A DNA stretch of 63,831 bases, the filler included, from a bacterium (GTDB taxonomy: Bacteria > UBP15 > UBA6099 > JAJRTR01), in NCBI GenBank assembly GCA_024278215.1. It is 5 parts of 5 records of this genome, joined end to end, with 100 filler letters (N's around TTAATTAATTAA, not from the genome) between each part and the next. Parts side by side here need not be neighbours in the genome. Positions count along the whole stretch, not along the records: positions 7,075 to 18,933 come from JAJRTR010000058.1; positions 19,034 to 31,266 come from JAJRTR010000059.1; 3 more parts are not named here. One strand, written 5' to 3'. Positions 13,002 through 23,211 of this stretch are shown here, piece by piece; the first letter of the stretch is position 1, and every line of letters begins with the position of its first letter. Both the position numbers and the translations under genes were made by a program. The notes under the pieces were generated by a model, which worked only from the letters and a program-made list of their open reading frames with translations, had not been told where the DNA came from and searched no databases.

Positions 13002-13741
13002 CTCGCGCCTCCTCTCGCCAGTGTCAGGACAACTACACGCGCCGCGCCGCCTTCCTTCAGTACACGCGAACACTCGTTCACTGTCGCACCGGTCGTCATG
13101 ACATCGTCGATGAGCAATACTGTTTTATCCTTCACATCCGCTCTCCCCTTAAGCCTGAACGCGCCGCTCACGTTCTTCCTGCGCTCTTTCGGGGATAGCA
13201 GAGACTGCGGTCTGGTGTTTTTTATACGTAACAGACAGTTCTCGATCCGCTTGTCCCATATCCGCGCTGCCTCCTCCGCAAGATACTGCGACTGGTTGAA
13301 TCCCCTCCATATTCTGCGCCGGGGATGCAGCGGCACGGGCACAATAAAATCAACGTCGCCGAAGATGTCGAAGATGTCCACGCCGGTCGTCGCTCGGCGT
13401 GCCAGCCTGCCCCGCAGGTAGCGCCCCATGCCGTAGCTGCGGTGGAACTTGAATCGCATCACTATTTCCCTCACCGGCGACTGGTAGTTCAGCGCCGAGC
13501 GCGCGGCGTCGAAATATATTTCCTGTTCCCGGCACCAGCCGCAATCGGCGGCGGCGTTGATACCCGGCGGCAGCGGAATACCGCACCGGCGGCAATACGG
13601 TTCGCTGATTTCACGTATCTTTCTCTCGCAATCCGGGCACACGAGTTCGGAACCGGCCCTTCCGCAGCCCGGACATTTGTGCGGAAAAAATATCGTGAAA
13701 ACTTCGTTTATGTAAGAGCCGGCTGTTGTCAGGAGGTCCAT
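12998..13741 (-). CDS. comF: ComF family amidophosphoribosyltransferase-like protein
   Basis: Double zinc ribbon, PVPLH, RGFNQS, LIDDVMTTGAT. Confidence 0.92.
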   Translation of the reverse strand: MDLLTTAGSYINEVFTIFFPHKCPGCGRAGSELVCPDCERKIREISEPYCRRCGIPLPPGINAAADCGWCREQEIYFDAARSALNYQSPVREIVMRFKFHRSYGMGRYLRGRLARRATTGVDIFDIFGDVDFIVPVPLHPRRRIWRGFNQSQYLAEEAARIWDKRIENCLLRIKNTRPQSLLSPKERRKNVSGAFRLKGRADVKDKTVLLIDDVMTTGATVNECSRVLKEGGAARVVVLTLARGGAS

Positions 13742-13832
13742 AAGGATGTGAGGTCCATAACAGTATTATATATATACTCTCTGCGAACTCTGTGATCTTT
13801 GTGTTGGATTCTTTTCCCCGCTACGCTCCGGT

Positions 13833-14315
13833 TCAATCTGTTTCATTCTTTATAATGCTGTTTATAATGGAACTGCTGGAGTAGCCCGGCAGGTGCGGAA
13901 TGACAACGAGCCTGCCGCCGTCCGCTTCCACTTCCGCACGGCCTACAATTGTTTTCGGGTTATAGTCGCCGCCTTTGACAAGGACATGCGGGCGCACCTG
14001 TTTGACAAGTTCGAGAGGCGTCCACTCGCTGAACACGACTACATAGTCGACGAAATAGAAAGAAGCAAGGATTTCGGCGCGTTCTTCCTGCGGAAAGATC
14101 GGACGGGTAGGTCCCTTGAGCCGCGACACCGACTGATCGCTGTTAAGACCGACGACAAGGACATCGCCTTCCGAGCGCGCTTTAAAGAGACAGTCGATAT
14201 GGCCCGGGTGCAAAACATCAAAACACCCGTTCGTGAATACAACAACTTTGCCCTCTTCCCTGAGCTTCGCGCATATCCCGCCGATGTCTTTTCTCTCAAT
14301 TATCTTGTTGTTCAT
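13833..14315 (-). CDS. rfaE2: D-glycero-beta-D-manno-heptose 1-phosphate adenylyltransferase
   Basis: FTNGCFDVLHPGH, GLNSDQSV, LKGPTRP, KGGDY. Confidence 0.93.
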   Translation of the reverse strand: MNNKIIERKDIGGICAKLREEGKVVVFTNGCFDVLHPGHIDCLFKARSEGDVLVVGLNSDQSVSRLKGPTRPIFPQEERAEILASFYFVDYVVVFSEWTPLELVKQVRPHVLVKGGDYNPKTIVGRAEVEADGGRLVVIPHLPGYSSSSIINSIIKNETD

Positions 14316-14343
14316 GCCGCCCTGTTTCCCCGTGATCCCGTTG

Positions 14344-15342
14344 CTACTGAAGAACCGTTTCTATGAAATTCTTCAACTCGTCCTGTCCGACGGAAGTTGT
14401 GCCACGCTTGCGGACAACGACGCCTGCCGCGAAGTTGGCCAGTTCGACGGCATCCCGGTAGTGAATGCCCGCGCTGAGCGCCACGGTAAGCGTAGACAGC
14501 ACGGTGTCGCCCGCGCCGGTTACGTCATACACCTGTGTGGAAAGAGCGGGAATTGCCACAAAATCGCTACCCGGACCGAACAGCGCCATGCCGTCTTCTC
14601 CGAGTGTGATAAGCGCCGCCTCGACGCCGAGCCGCCTCCGCAATCGTTTCCCCGCCTCTTTCAGACTCTCTTCATCCTTGATAGTAATCTCCGCTATCGC
14701 CGAAGCTTCTTTCCTGTTGGGAGTAATGATGTTGACGCCTTTGAAACATTCCGTGTTTGGCGGCTTTATGTCCGCCGCGACGATAACGCCTGCCTCCTTT
14801 GCCATCGTCAGCAGGTTACCCATGAACGCCGGGCTTATCACACCTTTGTTGTAGTCCGACACAGCTATGCCGTCGATCTGACCGATGATCTTTCCAAGCG
14901 CTTTAACCATGCGTCCGGCGATCCTGTTGTTCATGGGTGAAGCGTCTTCCTGGTCGGCCCTCATGACCTGTTGCCCATGAGCGATAATGCGCACTTTGGA
15001 AGTTGTGGGTCGTGATGAATCCGTTATTATGTTGTCGGTGTTGATGCCGCCGTCCCTGAGTATCTGTTTGAGACGCCTGCCGTCCGCGTCCTTGCCGACG
15101 ATGCCGAGCAGGCTCGCTCGTGCGCCCAGCGAAAGGATGTTGGACACCGTATTCGCCGCGCCGCCGGGATGATATGTCCGTTTCCGGATTTCCACGACCG
15201 GCACAGGCGCTTCGGGCGATATTCTCGTCGCGCTGCCCCACACATATTCGTCCAGCATTATATCGCCGACAACGAGTATGTTCTTTCCTTTGAATTTATT
15301 GATCATGCGAATGTATTTATCAAACTTTTTCTTCGACGCCAT
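14344..15342 (-). CDS. rfaE1: D-glycero-beta-D-manno-heptose-7-phosphate kinase
   Basis: GDIMLD, RISPEAPVPV, SDYNKG, TPNRKE, DVTGAGDT. Confidence 0.93.
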   Translation of the reverse strand: MASKKKFDKYIRMINKFKGKNILVVGDIMLDEYVWGSATRISPEAPVPVVEIRKRTYHPGGAANTVSNILSLGARASLLGIVGKDADGRRLKQILRDGGINTDNIITDSSRPTTSKVRIIAHGQQVMRADQEDASPMNNRIAGRMVKALGKIIGQIDGIAVSDYNKGVISPAFMGNLLTMAKEAGVIVAADIKPPNTECFKGVNIITPNRKEASAIAEITIKDEESLKEAGKRLRRRLGVEAALITLGEDGMALFGPGSDFVAIPALSTQVYDVTGAGDTVLSTLTVALSAGIHYRDAVELANFAAGVVVRKRGTTSVGQDELKNFIETVLQ

Positions 15343-15345
15343 CTC

Positions 15346-16359
15346 TTATTTTCTCCCCGCAAGTTTCTCGAGCGCAGTTATCTGGTCGTTTGTGCCAAGG
15401 CATATCAGCAGGTCGCCCGTGTTCAATGTCGTGCTGGGCGACGGGTTAGTGATCAGGCCGCCCTCACCGGTTTTTATCGCAAGTATTATCGTGCCCGTGG
15501 ATTTGCGCACATCCGAATCGACAAGGGTTTTCCCGTTGATGCGAGATGATGGCGCGACTCCGATTTCGGCCATTCTCAATTCGAGATCATCATTTCCCAT
15601 CGCCGTTTCAAGAAAATCCGTCACAGACGGCATCAACACCTGCGACGCTATGCGGCGACCGCCGATCTCGTATGGCAGCACAACCTTGTCCGCGCCCGCA
15701 CGCAACAGTTTGTTTTTGTTCGCGTCGTCCTCCGCGCGTGCCACGACTTTTATATCCGGGTTCATGCCTCGCGCCGTCAGGATAATAAAAAGGTTGTCGG
15801 CGTCTTTTCCCACCACGGCTACAAGTGTGTTCGCCCTCTCGATGCCCGCCTGCCGCAGTGTCGCTTCGTCTTCCGCATGGCCCTCGATAAACAGAACTCC
15901 CTTTCCCTTAAGCACTTCCTGGTCGGGTATTTCCGAATCGATCACTACGAATTTTTCGTTCATCGACAGGAAATGTTCGACTACATGGTATCCGATCTTG
16001 CCGTAGCCGCACACTATAACATGGTTCTTCAGCGCATCTATCTTTTTTTCCATGCCCCTCCTCCAGAGGTTGCCGAAAACATTCTTCTGTATCATATACA
16101 GCACAAAGTATTGTATGCAATAGGCGATGATAACTACGCCGGAGACAATCAGTACTATTGTGAAGATGCGACCGGTATCTGACAACTCGTGAATCTCGGT
16201 GAAGCCGACTGTGGCCACGGTGATGACCGTCATGTACACAGCGTCGAGCAGCGGCCAACCCTCGATGATCCTGTATCCCGCTGTCCCGAGAACAAGAAGC
16301 ATTAACGGCAGCAGAAATGTCAACCCTATAGCTGTGCCGGGACTTATTTTCTTAAACAT
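15346..16359 (-). CDS. Potassium channel protein with TrkA-N/TrkA-C domains
   Basis: Pore TVATVGF, CGYGKIG, AGADKVVLP, C-terminal RCK-C; start placed at ATG 16359. Confidence 0.9.
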   Translation of the reverse strand: MFKKISPGTAIGLTFLLPLMLLVLGTAGYRIIEGWPLLDAVYMTVITVATVGFTEIHELSDTGRIFTIVLIVSGVVIIAYCIQYFVLYMIQKNVFGNLWRRGMEKKIDALKNHVIVCGYGKIGYHVVEHFLSMNEKFVVIDSEIPDQEVLKGKGVLFIEGHAEDEATLRQAGIERANTLVAVVGKDADNLFIILTARGMNPDIKVVARAEDDANKNKLLRAGADKVVLPYEIGGRRIASQVLMPSVTDFLETAMGNDDLELRMAEIGVAPSSRINGKTLVDSDVRKSTGTIILAIKTGEGGLITNPSPSTTLNTGDLLICLGTNDQITALEKLAGRK

Positions 16360-16417
16360 ACGGCTCCCATAATTGTTGATTGCATATATTCCCCGGGTTC
16401 CGGAGTTCGGGTTCCGG

Positions 16418-17590
16418 CTAACGCTCCAGACGCGCGACTCCTCCGGCTGCAAGTGTTACGTAAACTTCCGGCTCGCGCCCGGTCTTCTGCGGATATTCCG
16501 CCATAATACGCTCACGAAGCGCACCGGCGGCGTCCTCCCGCACAAGGGCCACGACACACCCGCCGAACCCCGCGCCGGTCATCCGCGCGCCCGGCACACC
16601 ATCGTGCGACCTCGCGATCTCATTCATCACGTCCAGTTCGCGGCAGCTCACTTCGTAATCGTCGCGAAGGCTGTCGTGCGACTCACTCATAAGCGTGCCG
16701 AACGTCGCCAGGTCGCCGTTCTCAAGGCTTTCGACAGCCTCGCGCACCCGCCGGTTTTCCTCCACTACATGGCGGCACTTGCGCAACACAGCCTCCGGCA
16801 GCCTGTCGCTGTAACGGCCCAGCATATCGGGCGTAACGTCACGCAACGCCTTTATGCACGGTTCCCACTGCGAGATTAGCCGCACGCCTTCCTCGCACGC
16901 GCGACGCCGCGCGTTGTACTCCGAATCGACCAAGCCGCGCGACCTGTTCGTATTGAGTATCATTATTACATGCCCAGAAAGCGCGAGCGGCACCTGTTCA
17001 TATCCCCGCGAGCGGCAGTCGAGGAACAGCGCTGAATCCGGAGCGCACAGCGCGGACGCGAACTGATCCATTATGCCGCACATCATGCCGAGATATTCGT
17101 GTTCCGCCTTCTGCCCGTAGAGCGCGATGTCCCTGCGCCCGACACACAGCCCGTGTATTTCGTTAATGAAACAACCTGTCGCCACCTCGAGCGCCGCCGA
17201 CGAACTAAGGCCCGTACCCTGCGGCACATCGCCGCTGACGACCGCGTCGAACCCCGGCAATTTTTCGCACAGTTCCGACTCGAAAACCCGTGCGACGCCC
17301 TCTACATAACGGCTCCAGCGCGGTGTCTTGTTGTCGAACTGCGCGTCAAGGTCGAGCTCGACTGTTTCGCCGTAATCGAGTGACTGGACACGCACTTTGC
17401 GGTCGCGCCGCGCGGCACCGACGATCACAACACCGAAATCCAACGCCACAGGCAACACGAATCCATCGTTATAATCGGTATGCTCGCCGATCAGGTTTAC
17501 CCTTCCCGGCGCGTTCACAGCGACAGTATCCGCGCTGCCGCCGAACCGTCTTTCGAATGCCTCGAATATGATTTCCGTGTCCTTTTTCAT
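16418..17590 (-). CDS. galK: Galactokinase
   Basis: APGRVNLIGEHTDYNDG, GLSSSAALE, CGIMDQ, GARMTGAGFGG. Confidence 0.96.
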   Translation of the reverse strand: MKKDTEIIFEAFERRFGGSADTVAVNAPGRVNLIGEHTDYNDGFVLPVALDFGVVIVGAARRDRKVRVQSLDYGETVELDLDAQFDNKTPRWSRYVEGVARVFESELCEKLPGFDAVVSGDVPQGTGLSSSAALEVATGCFINEIHGLCVGRRDIALYGQKAEHEYLGMMCGIMDQFASALCAPDSALFLDCRSRGYEQVPLALSGHVIMILNTNRSRGLVDSEYNARRRACEEGVRLISQWEPCIKALRDVTPDMLGRYSDRLPEAVLRKCRHVVEENRRVREAVESLENGDLATFGTLMSESHDSLRDDYEVSCRELDVMNEIARSHDGVPGARMTGAGFGGCVVALVREDAAGALRERIMAEYPQKTGREPEVYVTLAAGGVARLER

Positions 17591-17691
17591 AGCTGCAAGA
17601 TTCGAATGCACTGATACTTTATGCTATTGTAGTGGCCGATGCGCTTCTTTACAATATAATATTAACGAACCAACGGGAAGAAGCTTTTTAA

Positions 17692-18933
17692 ATGAAAGAA
17701 TTCAAACTCGAAATGTACGAATTCCGCGCGGTATACCTCGAATGCGGCCCGAACGCGGAGGAGATGATCGACAACACAATCGTGCGCCGCGACGGCAAAG
17801 AAGCAACCTCGCGATTCGACGCCGGCGAACGCTCGATCGAAGCGCTCGCGAACACAAACGCCAACTTCGCGATAGTTCCATACGATGTCGGCTTCCCGCC
17901 CGGCATAGCCGAACAGCAACACGAATTTTTCGCGGACATCACGAAAAAACTCAACGACCACGGCATCGAAACACTCGCACTGCTCACATCTTCTTCATAT
18001 CTCGTCGAGGGCGAATATGCGAAGGCCCGCTGGGGCGCGCTGCTGCCGGGACAAAGTGACGTGATTTATTCCGTCTTCTCAAGACGCGCTATGGCGTGCT
18101 GGAATAATACGGAATGGACCAACCGGCTCGCACTGCTCGTGCGCGGCGCAATGCAGTCGGGCGCAAGCGGGATTTTCTTTGATTTTCCATGCTTCGGATC
18201 AGCACCCATAGTGGTGAAGGGCAGGCTCGAAGGCCCCGCCGGCTGCCACTGCCCGGTTTGCAGACAGCAGTATCGCGCGTTCTCGGAAGAGACCGGCGCG
18301 TCGAAGAAAAACATACCGAAAAACCTGCGCGACCTCAGCGAGGGCAACGAAGGCAGACTCTATGCAGTGTGGCGCGCCGGGCGTTTGCGCGACGCGCTAG
18401 AAAAATTATTCGATGCCGCGCGAAATGAAAACACTGACGCCCTCACCGCCGTTTCTGTTCCGCATCTCACCACACTGCCCACACTTCCTCTTTTCGGGAT
18501 CGACCCGGAATGGGCGCTCACCGTTCCGGACATCTGCTGCGTCGAACACCATCTGGACCCGGCGATCTCGAAGTCGGGAATCGTCTATGAATCACCTGTA
18601 TTCAAAACACTGTATGCTTACTCGAAAAATCCGCTTCCCGCCGCGCTCGGCTGTGTATACGGGCCGTCGCCGGACATCGTGAAACCACCGAATGTATATG
18701 GCGCGTCCCAGGCGGGCGGGTTCTCCTGCGGTGTGTCGGCGCTGGTCAGAGGCGGGAAATACAACCAGTCGACATTTGAGGATGCCGCCGGAGCCGGGTT
18801 CATCACCGGCGAGCCGTATCAGGACCAGCGCGACACTGTGGCGGGACTCTACAACTGGATGGAAAAAAACTGGGACATATTCGAGAAGTCCGAGCCTGTC
18901 GCAGAAGTCGGCATCCTGTTCTCGATGAAAAAA
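17692..18933 (+). CDS. Hypothetical glycoside-hydrolase-like protein (partial, cut by contig end)
   Basis: Long ORF with GIFFD and CHCPVC, resembling GH42/GHL TIM-barrel proteins; divergent from galK. Confidence 0.55.
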
Positions 18934-19033
18934 NNNNNNNNNNNNNNNNNNNNNNNNNNNNNNNNNNNNNNNNNNNNTTAATTAATTAANNNNNNNNNNN
19001 NNNNNNNNNNNNNNNNNNNNNNNNNNNNNNNNN
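18934..19033. other. Artificial contig spacer
   Basis: N-run with TTAATTAATTAA linker. Confidence 0.97.
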
Positions 19034-19521
19034 GGAAATCGCAGACGATCGCACGGATGCGGAAACAAACAGCCTCCGACAAGCAGGCCTACGTTGTGAA
19101 AGCGGAAAAAATGTATGACCGGCATTTCGCCGGAATTGATGAGGCCGATGCATATATGATCTATCGCGGAGTGATTGAATTGTTGAGACATTCACCTAAG
19201 CACAAAGTAGCGATGGAAATCCGAAAAAACCTGAAGCCCATTGACATAAGTGCTGATATGTGATACAATGCGTTATGCTGGCTGCAACGGCGAATCGGGA
19301 GAAAAAAGATGACCTCGTGCGGTCGATAATCGGAAAAGCTTTTTCCCGAGGCTTCCGATTTTGCAGACGATCGCGCGAGGTTTTCTGTTTTTTATGGCGG
19401 TGGCGGGACGCAGGCCCTCCTTACCTGGAGCCGACGGAGACACCTTGCCTGTACGCAGAGCAAGAAGGCCGTAATCGTGTTCGACTCCCGATGCCGCTAA
19501 GATTTTTTAGAAGGAGTTGGA

Positions 19522-19995
19522 ATGAATTACAGACGGGACGTAGCATATTTTAGTTATGTGGTTCGCCATAAATGGTTCGTCATGCTCGCATGTTTTCGGT
19601 GTAAACTCTTTTGGCGAGGCGTGACGCACGATTTATCCAAGTTTAGGCCCGATGAGTTTTTCCCCTACGCTCGACGTTTTTACAATCCGGACGGCTCAAC
19701 GCGGACGGTTGTGTCGAGCAACTACCATGACCCACTATTTGATAGGGCATGGGCCTTACATCAGAGGCGAAATAAGCATCATTGGGAGTGGTGGGTATGG
19801 CCTGTGAAGGCTCATGCAGAAAAAATAATGCCTATGCAAATAGACGATATTGTCGAGATGGTCTGTGACTGGGAAGGTGCCGGAAGAGCGCAAGGCCATG
19901 GGAATGACGTAGCGTCGTGGTATAAGAAAAACAAAAGCAAAATGAAGCTGCATGACGAGACTATATTCATTCTCGAAGCGCTTATTGGGCAATGA
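19522..19995 (+). CDS. Phage HD-like protein (DUF5662-type)
   Basis: RHKWFV, HDLSKF, HQRRNKHHWEWW, EMVCDW; AGGAG RBS. Confidence 0.75.
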   Translation: MNYRRDVAYFSYVVRHKWFVMLACFRCKLFWRGVTHDLSKFRPDEFFPYARRFYNPDGSTRTVVSSNYHDPLFDRAWALHQRRNKHHWEWWVWPVKAHAEKIMPMQIDDIVEMVCDWEGAGRAQGHGNDVASWYKKNKSKMKLHDETIFILEALIGQ

Positions 19996-20750
19996 ACTAC
20001 ATCGACCTGTTTTCGGGAATAGGGGGATTCGCGCTCGGCGCGTATTGGGCCGGATTGAAAGTTGAAAACCACTATTTCAGTGAAGTCGATCCATACTGCG
20101 TGCAACTGTATAGGGAGAGATTCCCTGAATCAATACCACTAGGAGATATAAGCGCTTATGAGAACTGGGCCCTCCCGGACGGAGAATACATTGTTTCCGG
20201 CGGGTTCCCTTGCACACCGTTCAGTGTTGCCGGGAAGCAAAGAGGCGAGGAGGATGACCGCTACCTCTGGCCGGCGATGTTTGGCGTTATACAAAAAGTC
20301 AGGCCCCGTTGGGTCGTTTGTGAGAACGTTACTGCTATCGACGGCATGGTACTCGAATCTGTGCTTTCTGACCTGGAGTCCGCAGGGTACGAAACGGCGC
20401 CGCCGCTTGAAATACCGGCTGTCGCGGTCGGTTGTTACGGAGAACGGTATCGCACGTGGATTATTGCCTATGCCGACGGCGAGCGAGCCGACCAATGGTC
20501 CAACAACGAACGCCACTCGAACGAGTGGAGTATGGAGGCGCACGACCAGGAAGGGCGCGCGCCACGGAGCCGGGTTTCACGACGTCTTGTACGCACTCTA
20601 TGGCGTGAAGAAGCCGTCCCCGATTTTTTACGAAGCGATTATGTTCTACCCGACAGGGTGGACAGAGTTAGGGCACTCGGAAATGCGATTGTCCCTCAAA
20701 TAGCGGAACAGTTGTTTCGCGCGATTATCACAGCGGAATATGAACGTTGA
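19992..20750 (+). CDS. DNA (cytosine-5) methyltransferase
   Basis: DLFSGIGG, GGFPC, ENV, RYRTW, LGNAIVP. Confidence 0.93.
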   Translation: MNYIDLFSGIGGFALGAYWAGLKVENHYFSEVDPYCVQLYRERFPESIPLGDISAYENWALPDGEYIVSGGFPCTPFSVAGKQRGEEDDRYLWPAMFGVIQKVRPRWVVCENVTAIDGMVLESVLSDLESAGYETAPPLEIPAVAVGCYGERYRTWIIAYADGERADQWSNNERHSNEWSMEAHDQEGRAPRSRVSRRLVRTLWREEAVPDFLRSDYVLPDRVDRVRALGNAIVPQIAEQLFRAIITAEYER

Positions 20751-21507
20751 ATGGATTATTTATTTAGCTTCCACGAGCAGCGTCGAGAATTGCGGCCGAT
20801 GATTAAATACTTCGGTTCCAAATGGCGGAGCGCGCTCCGATATCCAGTACCGAAATATGCAACAATAATCGAGCCGTTTGCGGGAGGAGCCGGATATAGC
20901 TTGAGGTACCCGGATCACAATATCGTTTTGATAGACAAGGATCCAATAATAATATCGATATGGAGATATTTACAAACGGTTACTCCGGATGAAATTTTGG
21001 CATTGCCTGATGTCGATACATCTGTCGATGATCTTGATATATGCCAACAGGCTCGATGGCTTATAGGATTTTGGCTGAATACCGGCGCTCGCTCATGCAA
21101 AACGCCGTCTTCATGGATGAGGTCAGGAATTAACCCGGGGTCATTTTGGGGGGAAAGTTTGCGCCGGCGTATTGCAGCACAAGTAGCCAGAATTCGACAT
21201 TGGGAGATGCATTGTAACGATTATGCCGCCATAGATGTTCCAGAGCCGGCGACCTGGTTCGTCGATCCGCCATATCAGATGCTAGGAATGTATTATAGAT
21301 ATAACAGGAAAACTATTGATTATGCAGCATTAGCGGAATGGTGCAAGACGCGCCCAGGGCAAGTTATCGTGTGCGAACAAGAAGGCGCAGATTGGCTACC
21401 GTTCAAGAAACTTATTCACTCGCATACGGCACGACACACTATGTCATCGGAGGTTATTTGGACAAATGCTTAACGGGAAAATTGTTTCGCGCGATTATCA
21501 AAGCGGA
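20712..21507 (+). repeat. 26-bp direct repeats (20712-20737 and 21482-21507) flanking the adenine MTase gene
   Basis: TTGTTTCGCGCGATTATCA(C/A)AGCGGA, one mismatch. Confidence 0.85.
20751..21473 (+). CDS. DNA adenine methyltransferase (Dam/D12-like)
   Basis: KYFGSK, EPFAGGA, FVDPPY; true start may be ATG 20799. Confidence 0.85.
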   Translation: MDYLFSFHEQRRELRPMIKYFGSKWRSALRYPVPKYATIIEPFAGGAGYSLRYPDHNIVLIDKDPIIISIWRYLQTVTPDEILALPDVDTSVDDLDICQQARWLIGFWLNTGARSCKTPSSWMRSGINPGSFWGESLRRRIAAQVARIRHWEMHCNDYAAIDVPEPATWFVDPPYQMLGMYYRYNRKTIDYAALAEWCKTRPGQVIVCEQEGADWLPFKKLIHSHTARHTMSSEVIWTNA

Positions 21508-21516
21508 GGAGAAACA

Positions 21517-21729
21517 ATGACTCCGGAACTGTTCCAGAAGCTCAAACGATACCTGTGGGTATTTGCTTCGCCTATGGGAGCCGGAACATGGGATGAACAT
21601 GGTTCGTTTCGCAATCCACACAAGGGAAATCGTCGGTATCTCTATCGGTGGGATGCTAAACCGAAATCTGACGTTTGGCGGCCGATGGAATATCAGGAAG
21701 CGTTGTTGATATGGCCTATAAGAGATTAA
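21517..21729 (+). CDS. Phage hypothetical protein
   Basis: GGAGGAG RBS before ATG 21517; tight packing with neighbours. Confidence 0.55.
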   Translation: MTPELFQKLKRYLWVFASPMGAGTWDEHGSFRNPHKGNRRYLYRWDAKPKSDVWRPMEYQEALLIWPIRD

Positions 21730-22265
21730 GGAATAGCATACTGCTGCGCGGCGGGAGTTGGTTTAACGACGGGTCTCTCTGTTGCATAGTAAATCGTCTC
21801 GGCAATGATCCGTCGAGACGTAGCAGATATTCCGGATTCCGAATCGTTCGAAAAGCAAACCCGCCAAGCAATAAAGGAGAAAAGATGAAATTACAGGTGA
21901 GCCGAGGCGGGAACTGGGTCAACTTCGCGGCCTACTGTCGTGTGGGGAAACGTTACTACGACGCCCCGTCGAGCCGCTATAACGGAGTTGGGTTCCGTGT
22001 TGTACGGAATGCAAAACCAATAAGTCATGAAGGAGAAAAGATGAACTTACAGGTGAGACGCGGAGGGACCTGGTTCTACCACGCGCCCTACTGTCGCGTG
22101 GCTGGTCGGCACTACATCGCTCCGTCGTGCTGTTACGAAACCACCGGCTTCCGTGTTGTACGGAAGGCACAATCTATTGAACCCAGTCGTGATCTAATAA
22201 TCACGATTGAAATAAAACTAACCCAGGAGGGTGGAGAATGGACAAAGACAATCTCGTTAAGGTAA
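21711..22265 (+). CDS. ORF with three tandem 156-bp units, each encoding an FGE/CLec C-terminal (DGR VR-like) segment
   Basis: RGGxW...C...R....PS......GFRxVR cores at 21747-21851, 21903-22007 and 22059-22163; units 2 and 3 preceded by AAGGAGAAAAG-ATG. Confidence 0.75.
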   Translation: MAYKRLRNSILLRGGSWFNDGSLCCIVNRLGNDPSRRSRYSGFRIVRKANPPSNKGEKMKLQVSRGGNWVNFAAYCRVGKRYYDAPSSRYNGVGFRVVRNAKPISHEGEKMNLQVRRGGTWFYHAPYCRVAGRHYIAPSCCYETTGFRVVRKAQSIEPSRDLIITIEIKLTQEGGEWTKTISLR

Positions 22266-22843
22266 CGAAGGGGACTTTCCAGATGGGCTCGGACGACGGG
22301 CACCAGGACGAACGGCCTGTTCATGAAGTCGAAATAGCCCGCGACTTTTTGATTTCAAAGTATCCGACGACGTTCGAGCAGTTTGACGCATTCTGCGAAG
22401 CAACCGGAAGAAACAAGCCCAACGACAGCGATTGGGGCCGTGGCGAAAGACCGGCAATCAACGTCAACTGGTATGACGCTATCGCTTACTGCAACTGGCT
22501 GAGTGAGAAGGAAGGTCTCACGCCCTGCTACACGATCGACGGAGAGCAGGTGGAGTGTGATTTCGACGCCAACGGCTATCGACTCCCGACCGAGGAAGAG
22601 TGGGAATACGCCGCTCGCGGAGGGACGGAATCACAGGGCTATAAATACGCCGGCTCGAACAGCCTCGAAGACGTGGGCTGGTACTGGGGAAACTCAGGCG
22701 GCCGGACGCATCCAGTCGGCGAGAAAAAGCCGAACGAACTCGGAATCCACGACATGAGCGGGAACGTGTGGGAATGGTGTTGGGACGAGTACGACTCGAA
22801 GGCATATGAGAAAAAATGGAAACGAAATATAATCGTCGGATAA
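22238..22843 (+). CDS. FGE-sulfatase (CLec-fold) domain protein lacking its C-terminal RGGSW...GFR segment
   Basis: FQMGS, DERPVHEV, PAINVNWYDAIAYCNWLS, YRLPTEEEWEYAARGG, PNELGIHDMSGNVWEWCWD, then stop. Confidence 0.9.
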   Translation: MDKDNLVKVTKGTFQMGSDDGHQDERPVHEVEIARDFLISKYPTTFEQFDAFCEATGRNKPNDSDWGRGERPAINVNWYDAIAYCNWLSEKEGLTPCYTIDGEQVECDFDANGYRLPTEEEWEYAARGGTESQGYKYAGSNSLEDVGWYWGNSGGRTHPVGEKKPNELGIHDMSGNVWEWCWDEYDSKAYEKKWKRNIIVG

Positions 22844-23211
22844 TGCGCGGCGGGGGCGGGGACAGCTACGCGACATTCTCTTGCGTGGCACATCGCGACT
22901 ACGACAATCCGTCGCGCTGCAGCGGCATCATCGGATTCCGGGTAGTACGCAAAGAGGAAGGGGGGGAAAGGAAAGTAAAAATCGACAGGAATGGGGATTT
23001 ATGGATCGAACGCAGGGGGAAACTCGTCCGACAAAGCTGCATGCGGGCAACCACAATGGGGACATGTGGGGAACATTGCCCGATGTTTCATTATTGGGAA
23101 AGAGATGGTCTTTGGTATGTCCGCTTATGTACCCAGCGCGAGTGGGACTGGGTCTTCGAGCAATTTGAAATCGAGGACCGATCTGGCTTAACAGATGAAA
23201 ACGAGATATAA
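22816..23211 (+). CDS. VR-like cassette 4 fused to a Cys-rich phage hypothetical domain
   Basis: Core 22846-22950, in the -1 frame relative to the FGE gene; continues into KIDRNGDLWIER...CGEHCP. Confidence 0.65.
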   Translation: METKYNRRIMRGGGGDSYATFSCVAHRDYDNPSRCSGIIGFRVVRKEEGGERKVKIDRNGDLWIERRGKLVRQSCMRATTMGTCGEHCPMFHYWERDGLWYVRLCTQREWDWVFEQFEIEDRSGLTDENEI

